Shown piece after piece: positions 23,625 through 36,613 of a stretch of 64,000 nt of DNA. The notes beneath the pieces are model-generated. The model saw nothing but the letters and a program-made list of their open reading frames with translations, searched no databases and was not told where the DNA came from. Origin of the DNA: Fistulifera solaris. Its lineage: Eukaryota. The position numbers and the translations under genes are program-made. The stretch covers positions 558,001 through 622,000 of the forward strand of contig AP026143.1 in NCBI GenBank assembly GCA_030295235.1, written 5' to 3'. The first letter of the stretch is position 1. Each line of letters begins with the position of its first letter.

Positions 23625-24826
23625 GGCAGTTGAACCATGCTGGTGGACCTTTTTGGACCGTACGTCGTCGGACTTACTTAGAAAGAAGACATACCAAAGC
23701 GACATACTATCCAAAAAACTTTTTGGATCCAGCCAATCAGATGGCTTCGATCCAAAAAGTCGAGCGAGTCGGCCAATCAAAATGCGCCATCCAAAAGCCC
23801 ACTTTTAGCCGCCTGTACGCGATCCGGGCGGGCGGGTTTCAAAATTGACGATCCATAGTCACTTTTTCGATCACCCTATTGTCGCCATAATCTGAGATCC
23901 TCGTAATCTGGAAGTAGAAATGAGGAATAAAACTAGTATATACCTTAGCATCAAAGTTAGCGCTTCAAAAAGAGTCATGGAGAGAAAGTAGCTACATCTT
24001 TGGGAAATGAGGCGATTTGCGTCCACTTTACCTCGGCGTCTCAATTGCTTCTACACTTCCGCAAAACCTCTAGTTCTGAAATAGAAAAGTGAGTATTGAT
24101 AACCATAGTCGGATGGTCTACGAATGGATTCATTTCCGCATTACGTGAAACACATTTCACGACCAAAGTCGCGGATCAGTTTGGTCCCGAAGGTGATATA
24201 ATAAAGGAGAAATGGACCAGCATTGCTAACTAATACTTTACAACATCGTTATCGCTATTATTGAGTTATAAATTATTGAAATTTAGCGGTTCTGTCACTG
24301 GAGACAAGCTGGTGACTCGTCGCAAGGAGACAGAAAACGTTGACATGAAAATTGAACAGCAGGACTGCAACACAAAGATGCCTTTTCACGCTAAAACGCT
24401 TAAATTCGGAGCATGATAGTTTTTGACATTGCCATAAAGTCACCTTTACCTGGGAACCGGCTCCCTGCGAGCATTCTCGGCGAAGTTTTCTCAGTCGACT
24501 GCAAGTTTTCGGTCGTCGGAATATCCTAAGAACCCGCAGATCGTCGCTCTTTTCCATCACCGATCGCCGTGTAACTGCTCATGAATAGTTATGGTCATCT
24601 GATGAGTGTTGTTCTGAAAAACAAGAGCTCGATTGAGGCGAAATTCGATTGGAAATGCGATTTTGTTGTCGATCGCGACGAAAAAATTTATTGAGAAAAT
24701 CTCTTTTGTGCGAACGACGAAATGCGAGATTTTATTGAGAAAGACGCCTTTCGGCGTCTGCCCATCGCTCGCTTCGCTCGCGAGCAATAAAATATCCAAA
24801 TGGTCCACCAGCATGGTTCTACTGCC
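23625..24826. mobile_element. Non-autonomous TIR DNA transposon (Merlin/IS1016-like or MULE-like)
   Basis: 25-bp TIRs GGCAGTTGAACCATGCTGGTGGACC (23625-23649) and GGTCCACCAGCATGGTTCTACTGCC (24802-24826), 1 mismatch; TSD GAAAAAAA at 23617-23624 and 24827-24834. Confidence 0.85.
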
Positions 24827-25416
24827 GAAAAAAATGTTGCGGGTGCTCGGCTCGGCTCGCTCGGTGCTGATGCCTTGTCTGCCCACCCCCGTCAGTCTCC
24901 TACCGGTACCAGTACAAATAAATTATGTCTTACTCAAAGCTCACTAGGTCTAGTCTATAGACTCCAAGTAGTGTTTTCCGTATTTCGACATGACTGGAAT
25001 TCAATCATGAATCATGAGTCAGGAAAGACTAGCATTACGTCTCAAGATAGTTTTTGATCGACTCGAAGCAGCATTTGTAACACTTTAAATACAATGCAAG
25101 ATTCGTTGCAAGTTGACAGGCTGCATTAAATAGATACGTAAGGTCCATATTGAATGACTCTGAGTTAAAATTTTTTTCTTTGGTTGCCAGGACTATATCC
25201 ATCACGGACGAATCATCATCATTAATTTCCATTGTCAATCGCATAAGGCGGCATACGTGTGTCTCCGCATCGGACGAAGGTACTTTTTGCGGCAAGAGGT
25301 CTTCTCTCTCCTCATCTGTAACGTCCTTGAAGGGTGAAATTTCGACGATGTCCCCAGAACAGATAAAGAACAACAGTTTCCGGAGAACTCTTATGTAGCC
25401 CACACAGTTCATTCAA

Positions 25417-26653
25417 TCAATCAAAGTCTAAATGACGAAGAGGGTCTCTTCTCCAACACAGCCTAGTTATCTCATTGACATCTGCGTCGGGATTGTTTTT
25501 GATGACATTCGATCTCAAGTCCTTTTTGAGCCGCTCGACTTGTTCATCGGTTATACATATGCTTAAAGTGGCAGCGTTTTCAAGCATACGGCTTTTGGAT
25601 GTCGTCTTTGGTATCTGTACGCAGTTGCGCTCAAGACCCCACCGTAGTAAGGTCTGTGCCGGAGTCGCCTTGAGCTGCGACGCCAACTCAATTACCAAGG
25701 AAGCATCCAAAAGCGAGCATTTCTGCTTCTTCGTAACCTTTTCTCCTAATAGTTGTGCGAATATTTGTTTCCCTGTGTCTTGACCCCCAGACTAGCGTAC
25801 GCTTGAACAACAATACCTTCTTGATGACAATAGTCGAGTAGCTCGTCCTGGGGATGAAGCGGATGCACTTCCACTTGATTGACTGCCGGCGGCCAAATCT
25901 TTGCCGATTCTTTAAGTTTCTGAAGCTGTTTGATTGACATGTTACTGACACCTATGGAGCGACAAAGACCTTGCCGGTATGCATCTTCCATAGCTCTCCA
26001 CGTTTCGGCACGAAGATCAGCCATTTCCTCGGGCGCAGTTGTCGCGTAGAAAAAGGATCCTTCTCTACATCTTCATTTTTCCTATTCATGGTATTGTAGG
26101 CTGGTCCAGGCCAATGCATTAACCACAAGTCCACGTACTCCATAGCGAGTCTCTTGAGCGACAATTTCAAACATTGCAGACTGGCATCGTAACCATGATA
26201 TTTACGCCAGTGCTTTGTGGTAACGAACATCTCCTCACGCGATTGTATGATCTTCTCATCAATTGCTTTTCGAATAGCTTGTCCCACTAACGCTTCTGTC
26301 TTTTCGCCTCCATAAATAAATGCCGTGTCAATAGCACGGTATCCACATCGAATGGCTTCCAATGTAGCATCGAGAGCCTGCTTTTCACCCAATCGATAAG
26401 TTCCATAGCCGATCCAGGGTAAAATGACGGACTCCCCCTTTGCGGGTGTAATCAAGCGTATTCCGTCTACCATAGATTGAGCATCCTCGGCGGATGTTTC
26501 GCGGAAGTGCATCGAAGAATACTTTCTATTCTCATGAGTTAGCGTCGCCGCAGACCGTCTGGTGGCCACCTCCCTCCCGAATGTCATTTGACGATGAGTG
26601 TGTTCACGAAAGAGGAACAGCGCCGATAGAAAGGAATAGGAAGCCAATGTCAT
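25417..26653 (-). CDS. Aldo/keto reductase family protein (start uncertain; frameshifts near 26052 and 25785)
   Basis: IGYGTY, GYRAIDTA..Y, FVTTK, YVDLWLMHWP, IGVSN, PAVNQVEVHP, IPKT...ENA. Confidence 0.92.
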
Positions 26654-26794
26654 TCTCTGGCGTTCACCAAAACTGGGGAAACGACGTTAAAATTCTGCCT
26701 CGCTGTAGGCTCCACGTAGAAACTTGTACTGAGAGGCAGAATTTTAAAGTCCTCTCCGGACTGCATTTGTGTAAAGTCACACCAGGTGTATTTC

Positions 26795-27705
26795 AATCGT
26801 ACAGAAAAGGGGCAATCCAGAAATTCTGGACCATTTTTATTTCGTTCATACAGAAAATCTGGGGTGGTCCAGAAATTCTGGACCATTTTTATTTCATTCA
26901 TACAGAAAATCTGGGGTGGTCCAGAAATTCTGGACCATTTGTATTTCATTGATACAGAAAATCTGGGGTGGTCCAAAAATTCTGGACCATTTGTATTTCA
27001 TTCATACAGAAAATCTGGGGTGGTCCAGAAAGTATTTCATTCATACAGAAATCTGGGGTGGTCCAGAAATTCTGGGGTGGTCCAGAAATTCTGGACCAGT
27101 TGCATTGTATTCATACAGAAAATCTGGGACGGTCCAGAAATTCTGGACCAGTTGCATTGCATTCATACAGAAAATCAGGGACGGCCCAGAAATTCTGGAC
27201 CACTTGCATTGCATTCATACAGAAAATCTGGGACGTTCCAGAAATTCTGGACCGTTTGCATTTCATTCATACAACAACTCGGGGGCGGTCCAGAAATCCT
27301 GGACAATTTTTATTTCATTCATACAGAAAATCTGGGGTGGTCCAAAAATTCTGGACCATTTGTATTTCATTCATACAGAAAATCTGGGGTGGTCCAGAAA
27401 GTATTTCATTCATACAGAAATCTGGGGTGGTCCAGAAATTCTGGGTGATCCAGAAATTCTGGACCATTTGTATTTCATTCATACAGAAAATCTGGGGTGG
27501 TCCAGAAATTCTGGACCATTTGTATTTCATTCATACAGAAAATCTGGGACGGTCCAGAAATTCTGGACCAGTTGCATTGCATTCATACAGAAAATCTGGG
27601 ACGTTCCAGAAATTCTGGACCGTTTGCATTTCATTCATACAACAACTCGGGGGCGGTCCAGAAATCCTGGACAATTTTTATTTCATTCATACAGAAAATC
27701 TGGGG
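26795..27705 (+). repeat. Satellite array of ~52-bp units with a palindromic core and higher-order structure
   Basis: Unit CAGAAAATCTGGGGTGGTCCAGAAATTCTGGACCATTTGTATTTCATTCATA and variants; variant block at ~27241 recurs at ~27609. Confidence 0.95.
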
Positions 27706-27793
27706 CCGTCTAGCCGAAGGAGTTTACTTAATAATAGATCTGAGTGTGGTAGACAATCCAAAATTAGAGTAAGTTTTAACAACTCGTATCAAC

Positions 27794-30419
27794 TTAGCCA
27801 GCAAATCCCCTTAAAACGCGCTCCAATGTCCCAACTACAATCACTTCCTCATCTTCGTTTTCTCGTTGAAGAGACGGGACTTCCGCCTTCCGCAGGACTT
27901 TGAATTTCGACGTTAACCATTTCTCAGTTAATGTCTCATCAGCCAGCCCGTAATAGATCCCATTTCGAAAGCAGAACCAAAGAAACTGTCTCCAAATAAT
28001 GTCACCCCGCATAACTTCAGGATTCCCAATCACAATCAAAAGATTTTCAGCTCGTGTAAGCGCGACATTACATCGTTTGGCCTGACCAAAAGTCCCTCCC
28101 TCACATCGTGACTCACAAACGCCGGCGTCGAACGAGTCAAGCTTAAAACAATAACGCTTCGTTCCACCGCTTGGAAATCTTCAATGGTTCCCACATTGAC
28201 CGCACTCAAACCAACGTCACGTAGCAGACGACGAATGGCGACTACCTGACCTCGAAAGGGTGCCACTACTCCAATGGACTCAGTCGGGACGTGCTTTTGC
28301 TTGACTAGGGCAACTACAATCTTTGCAACTGCTTCAGCTTCTACTGTATTAGTCCAACTGTTGCTTGGATATCCGGATTTGATCGTCACTGTTTGATCGA
28401 TCCCGTTGACACCAAGAAATGGATGGGCCAACCCGGAGTTTTGAACGGTTGTAATTCGGAGGGAACATCGTGGCGATACGGGAGCTCTACTGGAATAGAG
28501 AACGACTCAATGGACTGTAACACGTCGTCCCAATAAGCTAGCTCTTCCATGTCCTGGTGTTTTGCCTGTTGAAGCTGATCTTCATAAAACATAGCGCTGG
28601 GCAGACACAAAAGAGCTTCATGACCGCGGTAGTTCTGAAACAAGAAGGTAGTGCCTTGTCGATCATAGTGCATTGAATCAACCAAATAATCTTCTACTTG
28701 AAGTCTTTCTGGTAACACACGTCCTCTGAGTAAACGTTCCATCCATGATGTGACCAAGCCAGTTGAGTCAGAATGCACAATTGGTGACAACTGCTTCGGA
28801 TCCCCGACCAATGCAATTTCGGTACGCGCATGCCCAGGATCGATTACAACAGACAAGGGAATCAGCACCTCCGGTTCAGTAGCTTGTGCAGATTCATCCA
28901 AAAAGAAATGAGTGAAGTGCGGCTCAGTACTCGAAATATCCACTTGCATACCCGAAGAGCGGGAAACGTCTCGTACATACTCGGCAAAAGTGTGTCGCCG
29001 TATTCGCAACTGCTGATTCGTAAGACCGGCTTGGTACAACAAAGAGGCATCATATGTCGTACACACAATCACTTCAAAGTCCAGTAGCGTGTCGGGAAGT
29101 TCAAAGAGCGCTGTTGTGGGTGACTGGTAGCAAAATGGTAGCACCGCTGTCGGAATCGTTGTTACGGGTCGATCACGACTCAGAAGCCGAAATAGCTGCG
29201 AATCGTCCATAAATTCACCCAGTCGACACGTGACAACATCGGCTGCTGTATGGGAGGGCGTGCATAGCAGTATTCGGTAGCAGGGCATGCCTTGGAGGCG
29301 ATTGTATGCCCACAAAAACTGCACCGCTGTTAAAAGAGTGCCCGTTTTACCCGTTCCTGCTGGGCCGGTCAGTATCAACGGGGAAAGTAATTGATTTGTC
29401 GAGTCAGATCGCGAATCGCGAGTACGATTCATAATAGCGTTGACAAAGGATCGCTGGTCCTTGTTCAAGCGAAAGTAGGCCCGAACGACTTTCGACGATG
29501 CACCAGCTGCCTCGCTTGACAGTTTATTCTCTAGTGCCCTTTTGAGATGATCTGGGGCTTCCATTCCTCCCGGTGAAGCCGGAACATTGGATCGTTCGCC
29601 CAATAGTAAGCGCTCGAGTTCATCCCCTTTCGTACTAGATGCAACAACCCACGCCAAGGCCGATAGCATTTGCTTCATAGGCTCCACCGAAGGAATGAAA
29701 CGAACGTTAAAAGCTCCCTTATACAATGAAGATAGATTTTCAGCTTGAAAGTCAGGCAACCAACTCAAAATGACACGGCCTCCTTGCGAACGCTGCACAT
29801 CATGGACACGGCAATGAATTTCCACATGACTGGGCAACGGGGCCATGACGTTGTAGTAAGATCTCGTCTCGGCTGTGACAATGGGTCGGCTCAAAACAGT
29901 CAAGGGACGAATCAGCGCAATGTCACCGACCAAGATGGGAGGTGCTGCATCCGCTATGCCAGTCACAGTAAGAATCGCCATGGGGCGATCGGCATTGCCC
30001 GATTGTACAACAATGTTGACACCATATTGAGAACACTTCTCAGCCAAAAGAAGTCTTTCACGTCGTTCTTGAATTAGTACACTCTCCCAATATTCACAGT
30101 ATTGTTTCAAATCGGCCCATTCAGACAAAAGAGGCACTGCTTTGAACTCTTCCTTGTGTCGTAGTTTGTGTTGATTGTACTGGACACCCCAATACAACTC
30201 GGGAAAAATATCCGATCGAAAGGGAAATAATTTTCTATTGCCTGGCGTTTCTGGACCGATTACCTTTGGCATGTGCGGGGTGTAGTCGTAGGTCGGAACG
30301 GCTTGCGTAATCGTCCATTCATTGACGCGACGCAAGTGATGCGGAACGAAAACATCGGCCAAAACAGCTGCTTTATTCAATACAGGTTTCACCGTCGCCG
30401 CGGTGTCGTTGTCTGCCAT
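27794..30419 (-). CDS. UPF1-like SF1 RNA helicase, MOV10/SDE3/Armitage type (frameshifts near 28430 and 28095)
   Basis: GPAGTGKT, CTPSHTAAD, FTHFFLDESAQATEPE, VGDPKQL, QNYRGH, VGTIEDFQAVER, RCNVALTRAE. Confidence 0.85.
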
Positions 30420-30949
30420 TCCCGATGCACGATGAGATGTACTCGCTTCTAATGAAAAATCTGCTCAAGTTGCTTTATCAAGACATCATTTGAGCTCCTG
30501 AAGATACCGCTAAAAAAATTGCAAATGATTTTGGCGTGAAATTTTTGTGAACCATTGAAAAACAGCGCGCAGCAGCATACCAGTATAGCGAAACATTTTC
30601 GCTATAAGCAATCATTAGTATCCGTGACTGAAGCTACTGGTAGAAGCTATGAACTAAGCCACGACGGTGCCAAAAGTATGCAAAACATTTCAGATTATAA
30701 AAGGGATGTTTTGGGATGTTGCAGGGAAGTGACAATTTAGTTTTGTTTCATTGCACTTTTACTAATGGTTGCTAAACACACAACGCCCAAAACGCGGCAA
30801 TAGCCTTACATTATCGCAAGTTTGAACGGCGAAAAACTAATTGAAACTAGCTCTACACAAGATGCTTGACTAAAAGCCTAATTTATGAAAAATAAACAAC
30901 CAACAATCTATTTCCTTAGCTCGACTAAACCGTCGTTACTTCCACACTA

Positions 30950-31957
30950 TCATCCGGGCGCATCTTTTTCGAGGCCCGTTCCTCGCTGCCTTCTTCGTCC
31001 CGAGGTCGCTTTTTCTTTTTCGGTGCTGGATTCCGTTCCTTTTTCGGCATTCTCTTTTCGTTGTTCCACTCGTACTCGGGCGGTTAATGTAAAACAATGT
31101 CGACTGGCTACTTCATCTTCCTCCATGAATCGACACCGATCATCCTCTTCTTTCGCTGCATAGACATCTCTTTCGGCTTTCGATAACTTTTCCCATGCTC
31201 GCATGAGCCGGTCGTTGAGATTCGTGTAGATCAAGAACGGATCGATGTTTGTAACATCGGCACCTTTCTTTTGAGACTTTCGATAACTTCCTTCTCGGCC
31301 GCTTCTTTTAACTTGTCACGCATATCGGCCACAAAAAGTGAAATTCGGATTGAATGGGCTTGACTTCGGAAAGGCGGAGTTCAGCAGCTTCCGCATTCCG
31401 AAGTCGCTCCGCCTCCAAATCGTCCATTTTCTTCGTTCCAAACTCTTCCGGTTTTGGCAACTTCTCCCCTTCATCCCCCACGCTTTCTTCTTTCACCGCA
31501 CGCGCCGGTGAATACGGCAATTTCCCCGTCGCTCTTCCCCCCGCGAGTGGATCGTGAGGATGCCGGAGGTTGCGGCGGATAGCGGCCCTCCATGGGCGGC
31601 CCATAGCCGCTTCCGTACCACGGTCCACGATGATTTGGATAGGGAGGATAGCCGTTGCCGGCGTACGGAGGAGGATACGACTGTCCGTACGGATAGCTTC
31701 CGGGCGGAGGAAACCCGTAATGAGGCGGAGGAGGGCCTTTGCTCGGATCATTACTCGGCGGAGAAGAAGATGCGTTGTAAGGAGGATAGCCCGGTGGAGG
31801 AGGAGGATAAGGAGCATAACCCGGCCCCATCATCATTTGCGCTGGATGTCGTTCCGGAGGACTGCGTCCGGCACTGGAAGGCGCCTCCATCGACGGGCGG
31901 CGGCGGAGGGCCTGCGGCACTTGCTGCGGCGGCGCCGTTTGGATTTATTGATGGCAT
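30950..31957 (-). CDS. Pro/Tyr-rich protein with a C-terminal HMG-box-like region (several frameshifts; 3' end approximate)
   Basis: PYPPPPPGY low-complexity tract; LMRAWEKLSKAERDVYAAKEEDDRCRF resembles HMG-box helix 3. Confidence 0.6.
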
Positions 31958-32508
31958 TGTCGTATTACTGTGATGACTGCAATTATTCGGACGAACCGGC
32001 CGATGGGAAATGCTCGGAGAGAATTGCACCGATTCTTCTGTGAAATGATATCGCCTCGCGGCACGAAAGTCCGTTCGATCGTCTGTTGCAACTCTTCGAC
32101 AAGCAGGAGATCGTTTTCAACGGACGGTGCTGACAAAGCAACAAAGTAGGAAATCGGTAAGTGGAGGACGTTGAATTTCGGGTTCAACGTTTACTACTTA
32201 AAGGAAAAGTTGATTTTTATTATAACAATTTGAGACAATTCGGTACTGATTTCTACTGTCCTCCAGCAGACAAAAATGCTACTCATGACCGGAAAGCAAT
32301 AGTGTAAAAAAGTAATATACACTTTGGAGTTATAGTGCATCCAAGACGAAGCACATAGGCCACATTATTAAAGCTTTTCGTCGTATAGAATTGAGGTGTT
32401 AAACTCTAGAGTGCTGCTACTCAACGAATCAATAGTGGTAACTATGGAGCTACGATCCTATGTTTATTTCATTTATTTACATTCCAAAACACTACAAAGT
32501 AAACTGTT

Positions 32509-34286
32509 TCATCCAAAAATGCGTCGTTTCAACTCGGTCGTCAGCTTCCCTAATTCGCGCGAGGCTCCGCCAGCTATGGCACTATTCTCATTAGCACGCC
32601 GAATCAAATAAGGCATGGCCAGTTTGACTTCGCCGTAGGGAACATATTTGAAGGCACGATATTCCAACTTGCCCAGAGCGTAGGTAACATGATCCATCAT
32701 TCCGTACAATTGCGCAAAGCATATGACTGGATCTCGTCGGTCAATTCCCAGATCATTCATGACAGAGACAGCACGCTGGATACTCTCTTGATTATGCGAC
32801 GCCAGCATAAACTCTAGATTGCTCTTTCTCCCTTCCTTGACAGACTGTTCCAACAGATACCGGACACTGTTATCATAGCTAGTATGTGTATCTTCAATGG
32901 TGTCATGAATCGGTGAAGGATAACCGAGCTTCAACGCCAGTTCCCGTTCACTTTCCATGTATGCCCCGCGAACCAACTTGGCACCGAAGTGGTATCCCAT
33001 ACGCTCCGAGCGCTCCAAGTCCATCGCGAGTCGTTTCTCAGAGTCCTTCAGGTAGCATTGATAGGTATTGTAGATTATTGGAAAGTCCGTTTTACTTGGA
33101 TCGTTGAACTCCCGCTCCAAATCCAGCACAAACGAGTCAATGGCCGGCTGATACAAGTTCTGCTCGGCATCGACCAGCAGGCGAACATTGTGTTCCGCCG
33201 CCTCTTTCGCCACCGAGTGAATTCGTTCTCTCAATCGCGCCATGAGACCCAACTCTTCCTCTGAAGGCGTCGCAATGGCCAGGGGACCGATCGAACGACA
33301 ACCACGAGTGACTTGTGGTAAATCTTCGGGACGAAGTAGCTTACTCCAAGTCACGTAATCGATCATACCATCCGACACCTCCAAGTCAATTTGTTCCGCA
33401 ATATCCCTCATATACGTGTCAACAGCCGGATCAAAAAGAGATCAACGCCCATTTGAAACTCGTCTTTCGTCACAAATCCATTCTGATCCGTATCAAACTT
33501 GAGAAACAGATTCTGCAACTCCACCACCGCTCGTGACATGCGCGCCAACAATTTCGGATCCACCAACGCCGATACTTTTATGGCCGCGTACGCCCCTTCC
33601 TGCAATTTCGAAGCATCCCGAATACAACTAACAAATGTTTGCGTGTGTCTATCACATTCGGCCTCGTCCACGTAGACATAAGTGCGCACTTTGGGATGAT
33701 TCTCGACGAGCACCGTCTCGGCGAGCTCTTCCAACTTACTTTTGGCCTTGGTTTGTTTCCCGTGAACACTATCGGCTTGTCCGTCGTCTTCGGCGGCGTA
33801 ATCTAGAATGGACCCAATGTTCGCTGCCTCTTGCATCTTCTTGGCGACTTGTTTGACTTGATGAATGTTTTCTCCCGCACAAAAGTGCCCAAACAAAGTT
33901 GCTTTTAACAGCGAATCCGTGATGCGATCACCACAGACTTTGCGGGTCATGCGCAACAGCGATTCCGCATGATGCACCAGAGGTGTGATTTGACACAAGC
34001 CAAACGAAAGTCCGGCTCGCAAGAGTTCTTTCGTAGATTTGGTGTCAAATGCAATGCGGGGATCCTCAAAGTTGGGAACCGGATTCTTGGTAGCGGGGGT
34101 CGTATTGTGAGTGTCATTCAAGTCGAATGAGACGGCGCTGGTAGCGCTCCGGCGTGTATTTTTGGTTGCGAGACTGGAAAATGCATTCCCTCGAGCCAAA
34201 CCGTTCACATGAGTATGCTTCGAGCTACAATGAGAAAAACGACCCAAGCGAGCCAAAGATCCCTTGAATAAGTAAACGCGATGCAT
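32509..34286 (-). CDS. PRODH: Proline dehydrogenase, mitochondrial, with EF-hand insert (frameshift near 33435)
   Basis: FGHFCAGE, VRLLVDAEQ, YNTYQCYLKD, KLVRGAYM, KYVPYG, YLIRRANEN; DTDQNGFVTKDE EF-hand. Confidence 0.95.
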
Positions 34287-34616
34287 GACGCTGCTGAGGC
34301 AATTGCTACGAAACGAATGAAATAAGGAAAAAGTCCTTTTCTGGGACGAAGCGCGGCTCGGAGAATGATGATTTCTTTATGAATTGACTTGACTTCTTGA
34401 CACTTCGATGGAAAATGAGACGCAACGCGTTTCGAAAAAATGCGAAGACTTCGATCGTTGCATTTTTCCAACCGCATATAGCCCGTGATGTCATAACGCC
34501 ACTGAATAAGTACAAAGCGTAAGATAAGACTGAGTCAGTCATGACTTGTGATGTCATTAAGGTACTTATCGCGTAAATTACATTGATACAGAATTTCCGT
34601 CTGACTCAATAAACAA

Positions 34617-35190
34617 TCTACGGAGTATTTATAATGGGCCGATGCTGTGCGCGAACTTTTTTGTCTTTTTCGCGTTTGATTATAGTCTCATTACAATAAT
34701 ACGGAGTAGATCCAAAGCTAATTATGCTCTCACCTTGGGAATTTCGCGCAATTGCGAATTTCAGCCGGCAATGTCTTCGAGTCCTGACTTTCATGTTTTT
34801 ACTATCATTCAAACAGTTGGTTGTACCAATCCACGACTGGATTTCAGTTATGAGAGACTGCATCAATCCTTTTGTACATGCAGCTTGCAGCGCGAACTTT
34901 TTTGTCTTTTTTCGCGTTTGATCATAGTCTCATTACAATAATAGTCCCAAAGCTAGTTATGCTCTCACCTTGGAATTTCGCGCAATTGCGATTTCAGCCG
35001 GCCATGTCTTCGAGTCCTGACCTTCATGTTTTTACTATGATCCAAACAGAAGGTTGTACCAATCCACGACTGGATTTCAGTTATGAGACTGCATCAATCC
35101 TTTTTTACATGCAGCCTGCAGCGAAAAAAGCTCCCCGCAGGGGCTAGAGCTAAAGCCCTTTGGCTAGCCTGCCGCAGGCGGCTAGACTAG
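34617..35190 (+). mobile_element. Non-autonomous Helitron-like element with an internal ~241-bp tandem duplication
   Basis: 5' A|TCTA...TTTATAAT; 3' GC-rich hairpin 35164-35185 followed by CTAG|T; two copies ~34642-34885 and ~34885-35122. Confidence 0.65.
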
Positions 35191-35548
35191 TTTACTATAA
35201 TTGAACGTGTGTTGTCTACTTATCTACGACTGCACTTCTCTCATAAATCATTATTCGTTTGAGCGACAATGCTACCTACCATTCGTTCTTTCGCCACATT
35301 TGCATGAACTTTATTATTTGTCATTTGTTGCAAGAAATTAGTCTTAAGCAGCGTTTTAGTTACACACTTTACTGTTTATACGTCGAAAGCCTGCGAAATA
35401 TATTGTCATCCGTCTTTACTATAGACCGCGCTAAGTGTGGGTTTTTAGGAGACCACGACTGCGTTTCGGTCATGAATCAGTTCGTCTCATCGCACGCTCG
35501 CACGCAAAAAGCTCATCGTCAGCGTTTTGCCTCTGTCCATTCTTTTAT

Positions 35549-36542
35549 ATGACAAGAGCCTTACAACGTGCTTTTTTTGTGATGTGTATCTTTCATTCAT
35601 TGATAAATAATGCCCTGTTTGTGCTAGCTGTTGCTTTACAGCGCAGCCATGCGTTTGCGCCAGCCCTTTTCGTCAGTCGACAACAAGCCAGTCGTCTACA
35701 CGCCGTCACTCCAGTGGGTCCGTTTTGTCCTTTCCGGTCGTCTTCTTCCATAGAATTGGAACCCAAGATGGAAGCCATCAACGCAGCTGGACCCGAATTT
35801 GCGAAGGAAATGACAAAAATACAGTTAGACATGTCGATTGGTGAAATGCCGGATCCGGAGCGACTCCATCGTGTGGCGGACGGCCTCGAGCAAGCCGTTG
35901 ATCAGTGGGAGAGCTTGGTGGCGCGATTGCGATTGTCGTCCGATTTTCAAACAAGAGAGTATGCCAAGCTGACGCAGGCTCATTTACAGAGTCACGGAAT
36001 GACGGTGGACGGAATCGCTAGCATGATTCGATGGCAGGCGGGTTGCATGAGAGCCATGGCCAACAATACTCCACCACCCATGCCTCCGGCGAATATGGAC
36101 TTAGAACAATTGATGAATAACAGCAATCAGCAGCAACGAGAGAAGCCTTCGATTACGGCAATGGCGGCAGCGGAAGCCATCACCGCGACTCCCTTTTCCA
36201 AAAAATTCACCGGCCTTTGATGCACCGAATGTCAAACAAGAACACGACGCACTTTGTCGCGATCACAGAAATTTGATCGAGTTTGGGGCCAAGTACGACT
36301 CGTTTGACCCATTGGGAAAGCTCTATTATTTAGACGAGATTGAAAAGATTGAAGATCGATGGGATGTCTTTTTTACGCGCTTCAAACTCATGGGACAATT
36401 GGATGCTACGTATCTCCAGCAATGCGATCGGTTTCTCGCGTCCATGGGCATGAACGAGGAGGAATACCGAAAACTTCTCAAACAAAGTCATGCGTTGATG
36501 CGAGCAGAGGCCGAGGCCGAGCGCAATTTGTATGTAGCTTAG
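35549..36542 (+). CDS. Plastid-targeted protein with a C-terminal DUF1825-like domain (start uncertain; frameshift near 36200)
   Basis: SHA-FAP bipartite presequence; YDSFDPLGKLYYLDEIEKIEDRWDVFFTRFKL. Confidence 0.65.
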
Positions 36543-36613
36543 ACAAACTCCGGCAATTAAAAAAGACTAGGCATAGAGATTTCAGAGGACAAAGATTTTA
36601 CGGTATGTACTTC

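Noticed and set aside
25035..25412. 125-aa ORF downstream of the aldo/keto reductase
   Set aside because: No recognisable domain; could be a gene fragment but cannot be supported
26795..27705. CRISPR array (palindromic repeat plus spacers)
   Set aside because: Spacers are near-identical copies of each other, no cas genes are present, and the context is eukaryotic
26650..27903. Long ORFs in several frames over the satellite
   Set aside because: Artefact of a stop-poor repeat; the translations are just the repeat unit
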